This document shows, piece by piece, positions 30,597 to 42,047 of a DNA stretch of 64,000 bases. Under the pieces are notes generated by a model. The model made no database searches. It saw only the letters and a list, made by a program, of their open reading frames with translations, and was not told where the DNA came from. The first letter of the stretch is position 1; each line of letters opens with the position of its first letter. This DNA comes from Ignavibacteriota bacterium (GTDB lineage Bacteria > Bacteroidota > Ignavibacteria > UBA10030 > CAVZMI01), in the NCBI GenBank assembly GCA_963776275.1, contig CAVZMI010000021.1:64001-128000 (forward strand), given 5' to 3'. The position numbers and the translations under genes are program-made.

Positions 30597-33500
30597 ATGA
30601 TAATGTTTAGGCTTCGTCTCTCTCATAAAATTCTTACAGGATTTGTATTTCTTACAATCTTCTTCATTGTAAGAACTTTGATCGTTTCATCAAAGATAGA
30701 AGAGATCGTCAAGAAATCCAGCGGACTGGTTGAAGAAGGATACCAGACTTCCTCGCAGATTAGCAATCTAAATTCCGCAATTGACATTATGGAATCCAGC
30801 CTTAAGGGATTCCATGATACCGGAAAAGAATTGTTACTTGAATCGTACCGGGATGCACAAAACCGTTTTAAAGTAACCTCATATCGACTTCGCGAAGCAG
30901 TCTCGTACTCTCCAGAGTTGCTTCGTGATGTTGATAGTCTCATCACATTGAAAAACACTCTGGATCTTTCGATCACACGGAACAGAATATTCCGGCAATT
31001 GAAAGGCAGGTCGTCGAGCATTCACGAGGTTCACGATCGGAATGCTGAATATACTGCGCTATTCGATCGCATGCGTTCTGAATGCCGAATAATCGATAAC
31101 CTTCGTCGACAACAGAACACGGAGCGGATTCAAATGGTGGGTGGGCTGCATGCAAAAATGCTGGCTTTTCTGACGTTCATTGATATTCTCATTATCTTCC
31201 TTTTTCTCGTACTTGGAATTATTCTAGTGCGAGCCATGGTCGCACGCCTCCGTAACATTCAACAGGGTACAGAGACTATCGTTGACGGAACGTTCGAGAC
31301 AATTCCGGTTACAAGCCGTGATGAGATTGGTGAACTCACAGAGCATTTCAATACGATGGGTTCATTGTTGAAGCAGCGCAAGGACGAAGTGAATTTCAGG
31401 ATAGCACAGATCCGCGAAAAGGAGGAGGCCCTTTTTCAGGTTAATCGTGAGCTTCGACGCCGCAATTTTTATATCTCCACAATGCTCGACGGCCTCTGGG
31501 TTATCGATTCGAATTATGTTACAATCGATGTAAATGAAGCTATGTGTGCTATGGTGGGAGTTTCCCGTGAAAGTCTCATCGGAAAATCGGCGTATGATTT
31601 TTTCCCTCCCGAGCATCAGGAGAAACTTAAACAGAAAATTTCCACTCACGACAGCATTCAAAGCAGCGTGTATGAAACCGAAATGTTCAGAAGCGATGGG
31701 ACTAGATTTGTTGCTCTGATCAGTGGGGCACCCGTCATCGAAAAGGGCGTTGTGGTCGCACAGGTGGCACTGGTTAAAGATATCACCACCATCAAACGCG
31801 CCGAAGAACAGATTGCTGTATTTGAACACACCATCCGCAGCGCAAGCGATGCGATTACATTGCTGGATGTTTCGGGAAAAATCACATTTTTAAACGATGC
31901 GGCCGTCAGACTTTTCGGTTTTTCCCGTGAGGAACTTATCGGCAAACCGGTCACCCGACTTGTTTCTTCTCAGAATCGACCGGGTATCGCGCGTGAAATC
32001 TATCTGAACACACTCCGTGGTGGATGGAACGGCGAAATCACTAATCGAAGACAGGATGAATCGGAGTATGTCATTTCGCTCTCGACATCTCCCGTTGTCA
32101 ACCAACATGATGAAATCATTTCTCTTGTCGGCATTGCCCGCGATATCACCAATACAAAAAAGAGTGAACAGGCGCTCCAGGAAAGCAATCTGTTCATGGC
32201 CGCAGTACTATCGGGATCATTGCAGTACTCAATCATTGCCACCGATCTCGACGGCATCATCACCATATTTAATAAAGGTGCTCAGGAACTTCTCGGCTAT
32301 TCCCCTGATGAAGTCATAGGAAAACAAACACCAGAGATGTTCCATATCGAGGAGGAAATTCAGAACAGGGGTAAGGAAATATCACGTGAATTCAGGAAAC
32401 TGATCATCGGCTTCGATGTGCTGAGTGCATATGCTTCGCATGGCCGAATTGACGAACGCGAATGGACCTATGTACGAAAAGACGGAAAACACATTCCCGT
32501 CCTTCTAAGCGTTACTTCCCTCCGCAATACAGCCGGAGCCGTAATCGGATATCTCGCGGTCGCCCGTAGCCTTGAGGCCCAGAAACAGGCTGAGCGAGAA
32601 CTATCTGAAAGAGAAAAATATCTGCGCGGTATACTCGACACCATGGGGGATGCACTTGTCACGCTGGACACACGGTGGCTGATCCAGAGCGCGAATAGAG
32701 CCGCCCGGCATCTGACCGATATTTCTCCCGTTGATCTTTTTGAAAAGCCATTTAGCAATCTATTTGCTCCGGAATATCTGCCGGATGACGCCAACATCCG
32801 GGCCTCTCTTGAGAATTCCGATACTGTTAGTCTTGAGAGCATGTGGATACGGGAGAATGAAACGCGGTTCTGGGTTTCTCTCACTGTCTCCACTCTCCGG
32901 AACGATAAAGGCGATCGCATCGGTTACGTTGCCAATGCAAAAGACGTCAGCGAGCTTAAGCAAACCGAAGAACAGCGTTCGGTTCTTCTCGAGATTTCCC
33001 ATATCATCAACTCGGCCGAAACCATCGACGACCTCTGTGAACAGTCGGTTAATGCCATTTCGCAGCTTCTTGATATGTCCGCCGGGAACATCATGATATA
33101 TGATGAAACAACACGCACTCTCCGGCTGGCGTATCAATTGGGGTTTCCGGACAACGTCATTGAACAGTTCCAGACTCTGACAGTCGGTCCGGATGAAAAA
33201 AACGTTGCCGCACACACCGCCCATTATCAAGAAACGATCATCATCGACGATCTTGCGAATTCATCTCTTCGTCATTATGCGGAGGATATGGTCGGACGGG
33301 ATAATCTCAAGACAATGATCAGTACACCGCTTTTCACGGCTCGCGAATTAGTTGGAGTGCTTCAATTACTCTCCACGCGTCCACGGGAATTTCTCGACAA
33401 TGAATTTCAAATCGTTAAAATCCTGGCCTACGAACTTGCGAACGGCATCATCCGTAGACGACTGGAAGAACAGGCGCGTGCACAAGCCGAGCGCCTGAGC

Positions 33501-35276
33501 GCTGCAAACAATCGTCTGCAAACGCTCAACACAATCACTACTGTCCTCAGCAGTACGCTTGATCTGGCCGAACTGCTTGAAAGCAGTCTGCAGGCAATTC
33601 TTAAATACGTCGGTTTCATGGTTGGCCGTGTCTATCTCCGTAAAGAAGATTATCTGGAACTTGCGGTGACATACCCGGGTGTCGAAAAAGTCGGAGAACG
33701 GCTTCTGACGATCGATCTCCATGATACGATTCACGGCAAGGCTGCGCTGGGGGTGCCCGTGATTATTAACGACACCCATGCGCCTGAATCATTGCAGCTT
33801 GATCCGTGGTTTTCACGATTCCCACGCTACACTTTCGGCGCATTTCCGATTATCCATCATAACAGCGTCGTCGGTGTTCTCAACGTTACCCGTGCAACCT
33901 ATGAGCCGTTCTCACAAGATGTAATAGAGCTATTGATAGAAATTTGCCAGCAGCTCGGTGTAGCAATAGAAAACGCACGGCTGTACTCCGAAGAACAACG
34001 CCGCGCCGGGATCCAGGAGACATTGAACCGCATTTCTCAATTGACCGCGTCGGCCCTGGATATAAATACCGTGCTTGATACATCAATGAAGGAGTTTTGT
34101 AAGATTCTCAAAGCCGACCGCGGCAGCCTGTTCTTCTACAACGAAAGCAGCAATTCTATCGAGGGTCAGGTAGGACTCGGTTACAAGCGGGAAGAGATCG
34201 AAAAAGCACGGTTTGCAGTTACATCATTGCCTCTTGTTCAACAAGTGTTTCTCACACGCAGGCCGATCTTCGTCGAGAATGTTAAAGAACAGGAACCGGC
34301 GAGCAAGGCAGTTGATATAGAACAGACACCATGGTCGATTCTTTCGGCACCTCTGACAACAGAGGATAAAGTTACCGGATTACTCTTTGCAGTTTACAAT
34401 TCACATCGCCGGCTTACCAGTGATGAAATCGATCTTGCACAAAACATCGCCCATCAAATCGCAGGCGTAATTGCACGTGTCAGATTATTCCGGCAATTAA
34501 CGACAACAAATGAAGAGCTCGAGCGTGCCAATAAGGTGAAAGCCGCCTTCCTGGCAAATATGTCACACGAGCTGCGAACACCGTTGAACTCAATTATAGG
34601 ATTTTCCGATCTGCTCATGAAGAGTAAAAAGGAGCCGCTTAGTCCGCGGCAGCAGGACTCGCTCGGAAAGGTTCTGCGGAATGCCCGTCACCTGCTGCAG
34701 ATGATAAATGATGTGCTTGATATCTCGAAGATTGAAGCCGGACGAATGGAGATTGTGCTCGAAACCTGCTCACTCAACGATATTATTAACGCAAGCATAA
34801 CAACAATAGAACCTATCATTGGCGATAAACCGGTTACACTGCGCGAAGAAGTCCATGAAACGTTTCCATTGATCCGGGCCGATTCGACAAAGTTACGACA
34901 AGTGCTTCTCAATCTCCTCAGTAATGCGGCAAAATTTACTCAACAGGGCGAGGTTGTCCTGCGTGGATTCCGGAATGACGGTACCATCGTTATCCAGGTC
35001 CAGGACAGTGGTATTGGAATCGAGGAGAAGAATATTGAAAAAATATTCATAGAATTTGAGCAGGCTGACAGCAGTACAACTCGAAAATACGGGGGAACAG
35101 GACTTGGTCTGGCAATTTCTCGGAAATTTGCCCGGATGATGGGGGGCGACATCACCGTCGAGAGTGTTATTGGACACGGATCGACGTTCACGTTCACATT
35201 CCCGCTCATCCCGGTCGAGAAGGCCCATTCCTCATTCGAGCAATCAACACAGCCAGAAACAGCAGAAAAAAAATAG
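30597..35276 (+). CDS. membrane multi-sensor histidine kinase (TM-4HB-TM-HAMP-4xPAS-3xGAF-HisKA-HATPase)
   Basis: DEIGELTEHFNTM HAMP, four PAS/PAC units, GAF ends (QLGVAIENARLY), FLANMSHELRTPLN, NLLSNAAKFT, GGTGLGL. Confidence 0.93.
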   Translation: MIMFRLRLSHKILTGFVFLTIFFIVRTLIVSSKIEEIVKKSSGLVEEGYQTSSQISNLNSAIDIMESSLKGFHDTGKELLLESYRDAQNRFKVTSYRLREAVSYSPELLRDVDSLITLKNTLDLSITRNRIFRQLKGRSSSIHEVHDRNAEYTALFDRMRSECRIIDNLRRQQNTERIQMVGGLHAKMLAFLTFIDILIIFLFLVLGIILVRAMVARLRNIQQGTETIVDGTFETIPVTSRDEIGELTEHFNTMGSLLKQRKDEVNFRIAQIREKEEALFQVNRELRRRNFYISTMLDGLWVIDSNYVTIDVNEAMCAMVGVSRESLIGKSAYDFFPPEHQEKLKQKISTHDSIQSSVYETEMFRSDGTRFVALISGAPVIEKGVVVAQVALVKDITTIKRAEEQIAVFEHTIRSASDAITLLDVSGKITFLNDAAVRLFGFSREELIGKPVTRLVSSQNRPGIAREIYLNTLRGGWNGEITNRRQDESEYVISLSTSPVVNQHDEIISLVGIARDITNTKKSEQALQESNLFMAAVLSGSLQYSIIATDLDGIITIFNKGAQELLGYSPDEVIGKQTPEMFHIEEEIQNRGKEISREFRKLIIGFDVLSAYASHGRIDEREWTYVRKDGKHIPVLLSVTSLRNTAGAVIGYLAVARSLEAQKQAERELSEREKYLRGILDTMGDALVTLDTRWLIQSANRAARHLTDISPVDLFEKPFSNLFAPEYLPDDANIRASLENSDTVSLESMWIRENETRFWVSLTVSTLRNDKGDRIGYVANAKDVSELKQTEEQRSVLLEISHIINSAETIDDLCEQSVNAISQLLDMSAGNIMIYDETTRTLRLAYQLGFPDNVIEQFQTLTVGPDEKNVAAHTAHYQETIIIDDLANSSLRHYAEDMVGRDNLKTMISTPLFTARELVGVLQLLSTRPREFLDNEFQIVKILAYELANGIIRRRLEEQARAQAERLSAANNRLQTLNTITTVLSSTLDLAELLESSLQAILKYVGFMVGRVYLRKEDYLELAVTYPGVEKVGERLLTIDLHDTIHGKAALGVPVIINDTHAPESLQLDPWFSRFPRYTFGAFPIIHHNSVVGVLNVTRATYEPFSQDVIELLIEICQQLGVAIENARLYSEEQRRAGIQETLNRISQLTASALDINTVLDTSMKEFCKILKADRGSLFFYNESSNSIEGQVGLGYKREEIEKARFAVTSLPLVQQVFLTRRPIFVENVKEQEPASKAVDIEQTPWSILSAPLTTEDKVTGLLFAVYNSHRRLTSDEIDLAQNIAHQIAGVIARVRLFRQLTTTNEELERANKVKAAFLANMSHELRTPLNSIIGFSDLLMKSKKEPLSPRQQDSLGKVLRNARHLLQMINDVLDISKIEAGRMEIVLETCSLNDIINASITTIEPIIGDKPVTLREEVHETFPLIRADSTKLRQVLLNLLSNAAKFTQQGEVVLRGFRNDGTIVIQVQDSGIGIEEKNIEKIFIEFEQADSSTTRKYGGTGLGLAISRKFARMMGGDITVESVIGHGSTFTFTFPLIPVEKAHSSFEQSTQPETAEKK

Positions 35277-35371
35277 AACATGAATGGTATTTTCTCAAAA
35301 TCAGAAAAGAGCACATTTGAACAAGAATAATTTTGACGTGAACAAAAGAACCATCCGGGATTACGACACAT

Positions 35372-36481
35372 ATGCCTGACATACTACAAATGATTTTGGT
35401 TGTTGACGACACGCCGGATAATGTTGATCTTCTGGAAGCATTTCTTTCGGATTACGATTATATCGTAGTCACAGCCGGGAGCGGTAAAGAATGTCTGGTA
35501 AAAGCCGTCTCCGATCACCCAAACCTGATCATTCTTGATATCCGCATGCCGGAAATGGACGGATATGAAACGTTAACACGATTAAAAGCGCTTCCGCAAA
35601 CAAAACAGATACCTGTGATCTTACTGACCGCAGAACGCCGTGATCCGGGCGATATCGAAAAAGGATTCCAGCTGGGAGCCGAGGAATATCTCACAAAACC
35701 AATCAACATGGAAGAACTGCTCGTCCGAGTCAAAGCGATCCTTCAGAGCAAAGAGGCGGAGCAGCAGCTCGAAAGATATAAAGCTGATTTTACTTCCATG
35801 CTGGTGCATGATCTTCGGGGACCTCTTGGAGCAATGAAGGGCCTTATCGAATACGCCCTCAGTGAGGATAATTTATCTACGGCACAAGATGAAGTACTTA
35901 ATCTGGCCATTGATGCAAGTAATAAAATGCTCGATCTGGTAAACGATTTGCTGGATCTGTCACGGTTTGAATCCGGAAACATTCAATTGACAAAAGAACC
36001 GTCCGAAATGTATACGCTACTACAAACTGCCTGCCAGCGCATGCAACCGCTGGCACGAAAAAAAAACATCACGCTCGAATGTATTCCGGATAAATCCCTT
36101 CCCAAGATTACAATGGATGCCCGCCGGATCGATCAAGTGCTTATGAACCTCCTGACCAATGCCGTTAAATTTACAAAAGAAGGAGGCAGGATTACAGTAC
36201 GCTCGCAGAAGACCGAAATTGTCGACGATCTCCCGCAACAACTTCGTGCTGTGAGTGTTTCTGTGGCCGACACCGGGGAAGGAATCGGCCCGGAAGAGCT
36301 GCATCTTGTATTCGACAAATACAAACAAACAAAAACCGGCCGCCTTTCGCAACACAAAGGAACCGGACTTGGACTGGCAATCTGCAAGAGTATTGTTGAA
36401 GCGCACGAAGGGAAAATCTGGGTCGAATCTGTTGTCGGTCAGGGAACCACATTTACATTTGCTATTCCAATCGGGGATTAA
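35372..36481 (+). CDS. hybrid REC-histidine kinase
   Basis: REC (LDIRMPEMDG), LVHDLRGPL, NLLTNAVKFT, GTGLGL. Confidence 0.93.
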   Translation: MPDILQMILVVDDTPDNVDLLEAFLSDYDYIVVTAGSGKECLVKAVSDHPNLIILDIRMPEMDGYETLTRLKALPQTKQIPVILLTAERRDPGDIEKGFQLGAEEYLTKPINMEELLVRVKAILQSKEAEQQLERYKADFTSMLVHDLRGPLGAMKGLIEYALSEDNLSTAQDEVLNLAIDASNKMLDLVNDLLDLSRFESGNIQLTKEPSEMYTLLQTACQRMQPLARKKNITLECIPDKSLPKITMDARRIDQVLMNLLTNAVKFTKEGGRITVRSQKTEIVDDLPQQLRAVSVSVADTGEGIGPEELHLVFDKYKQTKTGRLSQHKGTGLGLAICKSIVEAHEGKIWVESVVGQGTTFTFAIPIGD

Positions 36482-36484
36482 ACT

Positions 36485-37844
36485 ATGGACCATTCACAGT
36501 GTCGTGTTCTTGCTGTTGATGACGAAGAGGCGTTCCGGGAAGTCATCATGTCGCTCCTTTCCGAAGAAGGATATCCTGTCACAACAGCGATAGATGGCGT
36601 CGAAGCTATCAATCTACTCCAGCAGAACCTTTTTGATGTAATACTCCTTGATATTCGTATGCCAAAAGTGGACGGTGTAGAGGTCATCAAATATCTCCGG
36701 GAACACATGCCGGACGCTCAGGTGATTATGCTCACCGGCGTGACGGAGTTGAAACTGGCGGTCGAATGTATGAAACTCGGCGCATATGATTTCATTGCAA
36801 AACCGCATTCGACGCCGGAGTTATTGACAACCGTCGAACGTGCATACGAGAAAAAACAGCTTCTGATCGAAAATAGAACGATGAAAGAGGAGTTAAGCAG
36901 AGTTGTGGGGCCGAGCGACATCATCGGGAAAAGCAATGCGCTCAAGGAAGTCATACGCATCGCGGGCCGTGTTGCTCCGACAGAATCAACCGTTCTGATT
37001 CAAGGTGGAAGCGGAACGGGGAAAGAACTCCTTGCCCATTTTGTCTTCAAAAACAGCAATAGAAAAGAGAAACAATTTGTAATCGTGAACTGCGCATCGA
37101 TTCCCGATACTCTAATCGAGAGCGAACTCTTCGGGCACGAAAAAGGAGCATTCACCGATGCCCATCAGCAAAAACAAGGGCTCGTTGAACTTGCCAATGG
37201 AGGAACGCTTTTCCTTGACGAAGTGGGCGATGTCAGTCCGATCATCCAGCCAAAACTGCTGCGGTTTATTCAATCGGGCGAATTCCGCCGTGTCGGCGGC
37301 AATACGGCATTACGAGCCGATGTACGAATCATTTCGGCAACAAATAAAGATCTCCGTGAAGAAGTGAAACTTGGACGATTTCGCGAGGATCTTCTGTACC
37401 GCTTGAATGTCATTACCATTACTATCCCGCCGCTTTGCGAGCGTAAAGAGGACATTCCCGATATCGCTCAGTTTTTCCTGCAGTCAAAATTGCGCTCGAA
37501 AACAAAGAAAACAATCAACCCGGCAGCAATGGATCTACTTATGCGTTATGATTGGCCCGGGAATATTCGTGAACTTGAAAATGTGATCGAGCGGGCAGCA
37601 ATTCTTTCACGGGGGACCGTCATTGATCCTGCCGATCTTTCACTCGGCACCTTCATCTCCGGTGGAAAAAGAGCAGAGCGAAATTGTCGGCACCTCGGTG
37701 TCGCTAGAGCATATCCAGCGTCTCCATATTGAAAAAGTTCTGAAAACACAGAATTGGAACAAGACATCCGCCGCCAAGATTCTTGAGATCAGCTTGAAAA
37801 CTCTTTACACAAAAATTCAACAATATGGATTAAAGCAGGAATAG
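36485..37844 (+). CDS. sigma54-dependent response regulator (frameshift near 37645 detaches the HTH)
   Basis: [29 protein letters not shown]. The Fis HTH ([21 protein letters not shown]) is in the other-frame ORF ending at 37844. Confidence 0.9.
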
Positions 37845-38236
37845 CTCCTTCGATATCACAATAAAAACTCCAAAAACCGCACCCCGCGCAATACGACTCA
37901 ATTGCAGGGGAATATTCTACGGCGGTGGAGGAAAAACAGCCCTCGACTGGAAATGCTACCGTGCATTCGAAAAGAGTATGAGACATTTGCGGCGTGCGCG
38001 AAAAAACATTTCAAAGGCAACCTTGCAGGAAAATTTTTATGTCATGTCAATGCGGGATATCGACAGTCAAATGAAAATGCTCGAAGATGGAATATTCATA
38101 TACCAATATTGAACAGATAAGAGGCAACATAGATTAATCCACATCCCCAGAAAAAGCAACATTTCTTTCTCATTGCACGTACATAGGGTAGATATAGGAA
38201 TGTTAATCGAAATATACAACAACGATACTATCTGTC

Positions 38237-39445
38237 ATGATTGACCCTGTTAAATTCAAAAAAATCATCTTTCTCGCACTCAAGATTATCATTGTCATCG
38301 AGCTTATTTCGGCATTTGGAGAGGGAATTCACGGTAATTGGACTCGTTTTGCGGGCGACCTGATCATCGCCGTCTTTCTTTATCTTACATGGGATAGATT
38401 GAAGTATGCCATTGCACAACGAAAGCAAATTTCGCGTCAGAAAATCGAACTCTCTACTGAACATATCCGGCTCTGGGATGCTCTGGCATTCTCGCTTTTA
38501 TGGAGCGATGAAATCTACACCGACATTCCGGAAGACCGGAAACGGCTTGTTGTGATTTCATATACGCTTATTGCGCTGGGAGTAATCGCCGCATTTTTCC
38601 ACATCGGCAGCGGACTGATGATGGTGGTAATCGTTGGCGGATTGATACTTGGTGCGGTCAATCTTCTCGCCTGGGTGGTCTCTCTCGAACGCGAGGCGAA
38701 AGAATCTCTTCAGACCGAACTCGCACTCGCCCACGATGTTCAAATTTCACTGATGCCAAAAACGGAGCCATCGTTACCGGGATACGATATTGCAGGCATG
38801 TCGCTTCCTGCCCAGGAGGTGGGTGGCGATTATTACGATTACACGTTTGTCGGCGGGGGAAATGAAAGATTTGGAATATCAATCGTCGATGTCTCGGGAA
38901 AAGGAATGCAGGCGGCAATGTCGGTCGTATTTACCAGCGGCGCATATGCAAGCGAAGCGAAACAATCGGGATCACCTGCAGAAATCCTCACACGACTGAA
39001 CCGCTCCATTTATACCCATACAAAGCGGGGACATTTCGTTTCGTTTCTTCTTACCGTTCTCAACCTCTCTGGTCAAACACTATGTTTTGCAAATGCGGGG
39101 CAAACAAAACCGATGCTGTATTCGTCAAAGCGCGCCGAACATCTGAATTCTGTTGGAATCACATTTCCACTCGGAATGAAAGAAGACAGCACCTATGAGG
39201 AACGAAGTATCCAGCTGCAAAGCGGTGATATTGTTTTTCTCCTGACCGACGGGATAACAGAAGCGATGAATGAACAGAAGGAATTGTTTGGTAACGAACG
39301 ACTTGAACAATGTATTAAACAGACCGATCTCTCGGGTATGAACGCCCGACAAATTATGAACCGCATTTCCGAGTGTGTCAGGCAGTTCAGCAATGGATCG
39401 GCGCAGCATGACGACATGACACTGGTCGTCGTCAAAGTCCTTTAA
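38237..39445 (+). CDS. membrane PP2C/SpoIIE-family (RsbU-like) phosphatase
   Basis: N-terminal TMs; VGGDYYD, DVSGKG, LTDGITEA, QHDDMT. Confidence 0.92.
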   Translation: MIDPVKFKKIIFLALKIIIVIELISAFGEGIHGNWTRFAGDLIIAVFLYLTWDRLKYAIAQRKQISRQKIELSTEHIRLWDALAFSLLWSDEIYTDIPEDRKRLVVISYTLIALGVIAAFFHIGSGLMMVVIVGGLILGAVNLLAWVVSLEREAKESLQTELALAHDVQISLMPKTEPSLPGYDIAGMSLPAQEVGGDYYDYTFVGGGNERFGISIVDVSGKGMQAAMSVVFTSGAYASEAKQSGSPAEILTRLNRSIYTHTKRGHFVSFLLTVLNLSGQTLCFANAGQTKPMLYSSKRAEHLNSVGITFPLGMKEDSTYEERSIQLQSGDIVFLLTDGITEAMNEQKELFGNERLEQCIKQTDLSGMNARQIMNRISECVRQFSNGSAQHDDMTLVVVKVL

Positions 39446-39533
39446 AAAACTTCGCGGCGCAAAACATGCCGCCGCACAAATTACCTCTTCTCTACAAATC
39501 CTCCTTCGTCTGTGTCGAATAAAAACCAATACT

Positions 39534-40604
39534 TCAGAATTTAATTTGAAGTCCCAACAATAACAGGTCGTTATCCACTGATGGAGTCGGTGAAGTCTCT
39601 GTACGTGCAAAATAATTTAGTTGCAGTTTGGCAATTTCTTTTTCTTCCTTCATAAAGAAATATGTTCCGCCGAGGACAAGTGTCTGATGCTCCCCTGTAA
39701 CCGAACCTCCGGTTTTTACTTCCATCCATTCATATCGGAGAACGCCTTGAATCTGCGGATTAAATTTATAATCGAACAGGATATAATATCCTTTGAAACT
39801 GCTTTCCTTTGCCGGATTATCCTTATTATTCCCGCCGGCATATTCAGCCCGAATCATCATCCCGGATGCATCGCTCACATTGACTACGGCTGAAAATGTC
39901 TGACGATCCAATTTTTTACTGCTCAAACCAGAACTTGTACTGTCTATGCTTTCTTGTTTATTTCTTGCATAATGGCCACCGACGATAATATTTTTCAACG
40001 GCTCGATATCGATGCGTCCTCCGATTAGTCCATCACCGAATTTTCTTGAGATGATGCCGGTTCTGCTGGCGTAATTAAACCGCCCTCTTCCGTTTCCAAA
40101 ATATGCACCATATTTAACCATATCAATATTCCCCGAGGCCATGAGTCCTACATCTCGGTATGAATCTAGATTCATCGTTGTGTAAATCGTGGAAGCTATA
40201 TCGGAGATTTCAAGACATTCAGTGTTGGCGCTCGAAATTGTCGATGTCTCGTACATCTGTGTCGGTGCAATGAATTGTCCAACGGTGATATTGAATGCAG
40301 GATCAATTTTCACCGTCGATGCAAAATCTAAAAGGATATTTTGAGAACCGGCAAATTCTAAGAGAACGTTGTAGTTGAACATTTCAGAGATATCGCCCTT
40401 AAAACCCAATCGTGCGCGTCGAATTCGAAATCCCGATGTATAGGGTGCAGGCGCGTTGGCTATCCCCTTTGTTCCTTCCCTCAAAATCAGCCAGTTCTGG
40501 ACATACCCTCCGATTTTCATCGTCGGTGTTTGTGCATTAACCACGGTCGATGAAAAGAAAAGAACAATCATTGTTACGATAAGATACACAACGGAGTTTT
40601 TCAT
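39534..40604 (-). CDS. porin (OprO/OprP phosphate-selective porin-like)
   Basis: Signal peptide, GFRIRRARLG, TVGQF, RDVGLM, C-terminal QIKF. Confidence 0.8.
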   Translation of the reverse strand: MKNSVVYLIVTMIVLFFSSTVVNAQTPTMKIGGYVQNWLILREGTKGIANAPAPYTSGFRIRRARLGFKGDISEMFNYNVLLEFAGSQNILLDFASTVKIDPAFNITVGQFIAPTQMYETSTISSANTECLEISDIASTIYTTMNLDSYRDVGLMASGNIDMVKYGAYFGNGRGRFNYASRTGIISRKFGDGLIGGRIDIEPLKNIIVGGHYARNKQESIDSTSSGLSSKKLDRQTFSAVVNVSDASGMMIRAEYAGGNNKDNPAKESSFKGYYILFDYKFNPQIQGVLRYEWMEVKTGGSVTGEHQTLVLGGTYFFMKEEKEIAKLQLNYFARTETSPTPSVDNDLLLLGLQIKF

Positions 40605-40799
40605 AAGAGATCCCTTTATGATGTGAGAATATTACAAACGAGAGATGTAAGTGTCGATAGTGCAATAATATAATAAATGATATAGAGAAGCAAGCTTTTC
40701 CATTCCTATATCACATTATCTTGCAGATGCTATATCTCTTTTGTATCTTACTTTTACTATGTTTAGCAATATCTTATTTTTACGCTATCCAGCAACAAC

Positions 40800-42047
40800 A
40801 TGATGAATTTGCTTATTACAAATATCGGGCAACTTGTTACCGTTGCATCCAATGGAGCTGCTGTGAAAACAGGTGCCGACATGCAGGATATCGGTGTGAT
40901 CGAGAATGCCGCGGTACGCATTATTAACGGAAATATCGAACGTATCGGTTCATCAGGTGTACTTTGCGGAGAAACAGACAACACTATTGATACACTCGAT
41001 GCAGACGGACGAATAGCTGTTCCCGGCTTTGTCGATGCTCATACCCACGCCTGTTTTGTCGGCGGCCGCCACCATGAATTTGCACTTCGGAGCCGGGGAG
41101 CTTCAGACCAGCAAATCGACGATCAAGAAGGAGGGGTTTTAAGTATGGTGAAATCGGTACGGCTCGCCACCCGAAGGGATCTAAAACGGGCTACCGATCG
41201 TCATCTCGACGCGATGTTACGCCATGGAACGACAACAGTTGAAATCAAAACGGGGTACGGTCTGAACATGGAAAGTGAAATCACGATGCTCGAAGCAATT
41301 CAAGATGTGCAAAAAGAACACTACGTCGATGTTGTTCCGACATTCCTACCAGCTCATGCTGTTCCTCCGGAATATCGAGAAGACAGAGCAGGTTATATCC
41401 GGTCAATCACTGAAAAAATGATCCCATACGTCGGGAAGAGAAAATTGGCCCGTTATTGCGATGTTATCTGTGAGCGCGGATATTTCTCGGTAGAAGAAAC
41501 CCGTGAAATTCTTACGGTTGTAAAGAACCATGGAATGCAGGCGAAAATCCACGCCGAGAAATTGACGAACACCGGCGGGACAGAACTTGGCGTAGAGTTA
41601 AATGCTGTTTCGGTCGATCATCTCGTACATGTTTCCGAAAGAGGAATCAAAGCATTGCAATCATCACGGACGATCGCAGTACTCCTGCCTGGCGTATCTT
41701 TTTTTCTCAACCATTCATATGCGCCTGCGCGAGCACTCATCGATGCCGGAATCCCTGTTGCTCTTGCCAGCGATTTTAATCCGGGCTCCTGTATGTCGTT
41801 TTCAATGCCCCTCATGATGACGATTGCCTGCACTCATATGCGAATGACGCCGGAGGAAGCCATAACCGCATCTACACTGAATGCAGCAGCTGCGATTGGG
41901 GTCTCGGACCGCCTCGGAAGTATTGAGGTTGGCAAAAAAGCTGATATAATAATTCTTGACATTCCTCACTACCTGTACGTTCCATATTTTTTTGGTGTCA
42001 ATCATGTGTGGCGAATAATTAAGAACGGCACTATCCTTGAATTCTGA
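40800..42047 (+). CDS. hutI: imidazolonepropionase
   Basis: PGFVDAHTH, GTTTVEIKTGYGL, AHAVP, ASDFNPG; adjacent to ftcD. Confidence 0.9.
   Translation: MMNLLITNIGQLVTVASNGAAVKTGADMQDIGVIENAAVRIINGNIERIGSSGVLCGETDNTIDTLDADGRIAVPGFVDAHTHACFVGGRHHEFALRSRGASDQQIDDQEGGVLSMVKSVRLATRRDLKRATDRHLDAMLRHGTTTVEIKTGYGLNMESEITMLEAIQDVQKEHYVDVVPTFLPAHAVPPEYREDRAGYIRSITEKMIPYVGKRKLARYCDVICERGYFSVEETREILTVVKNHGMQAKIHAEKLTNTGGTELGVELNAVSVDHLVHVSERGIKALQSSRTIAVLLPGVSFFLNHSYAPARALIDAGIPVALASDFNPGSCMSFSMPLMMTIACTHMRMTPEEAITASTLNAAAAIGVSDRLGSIEVGKKADIIILDIPHYLYVPYFFGVNHVWRIIKNGTILEF

Noticed and set aside
37902-38120. Short ORF between the bEBP and the PP2C gene
   Set aside because: It has no SD or recognisable domain, and alternative frames are equally uninformative.
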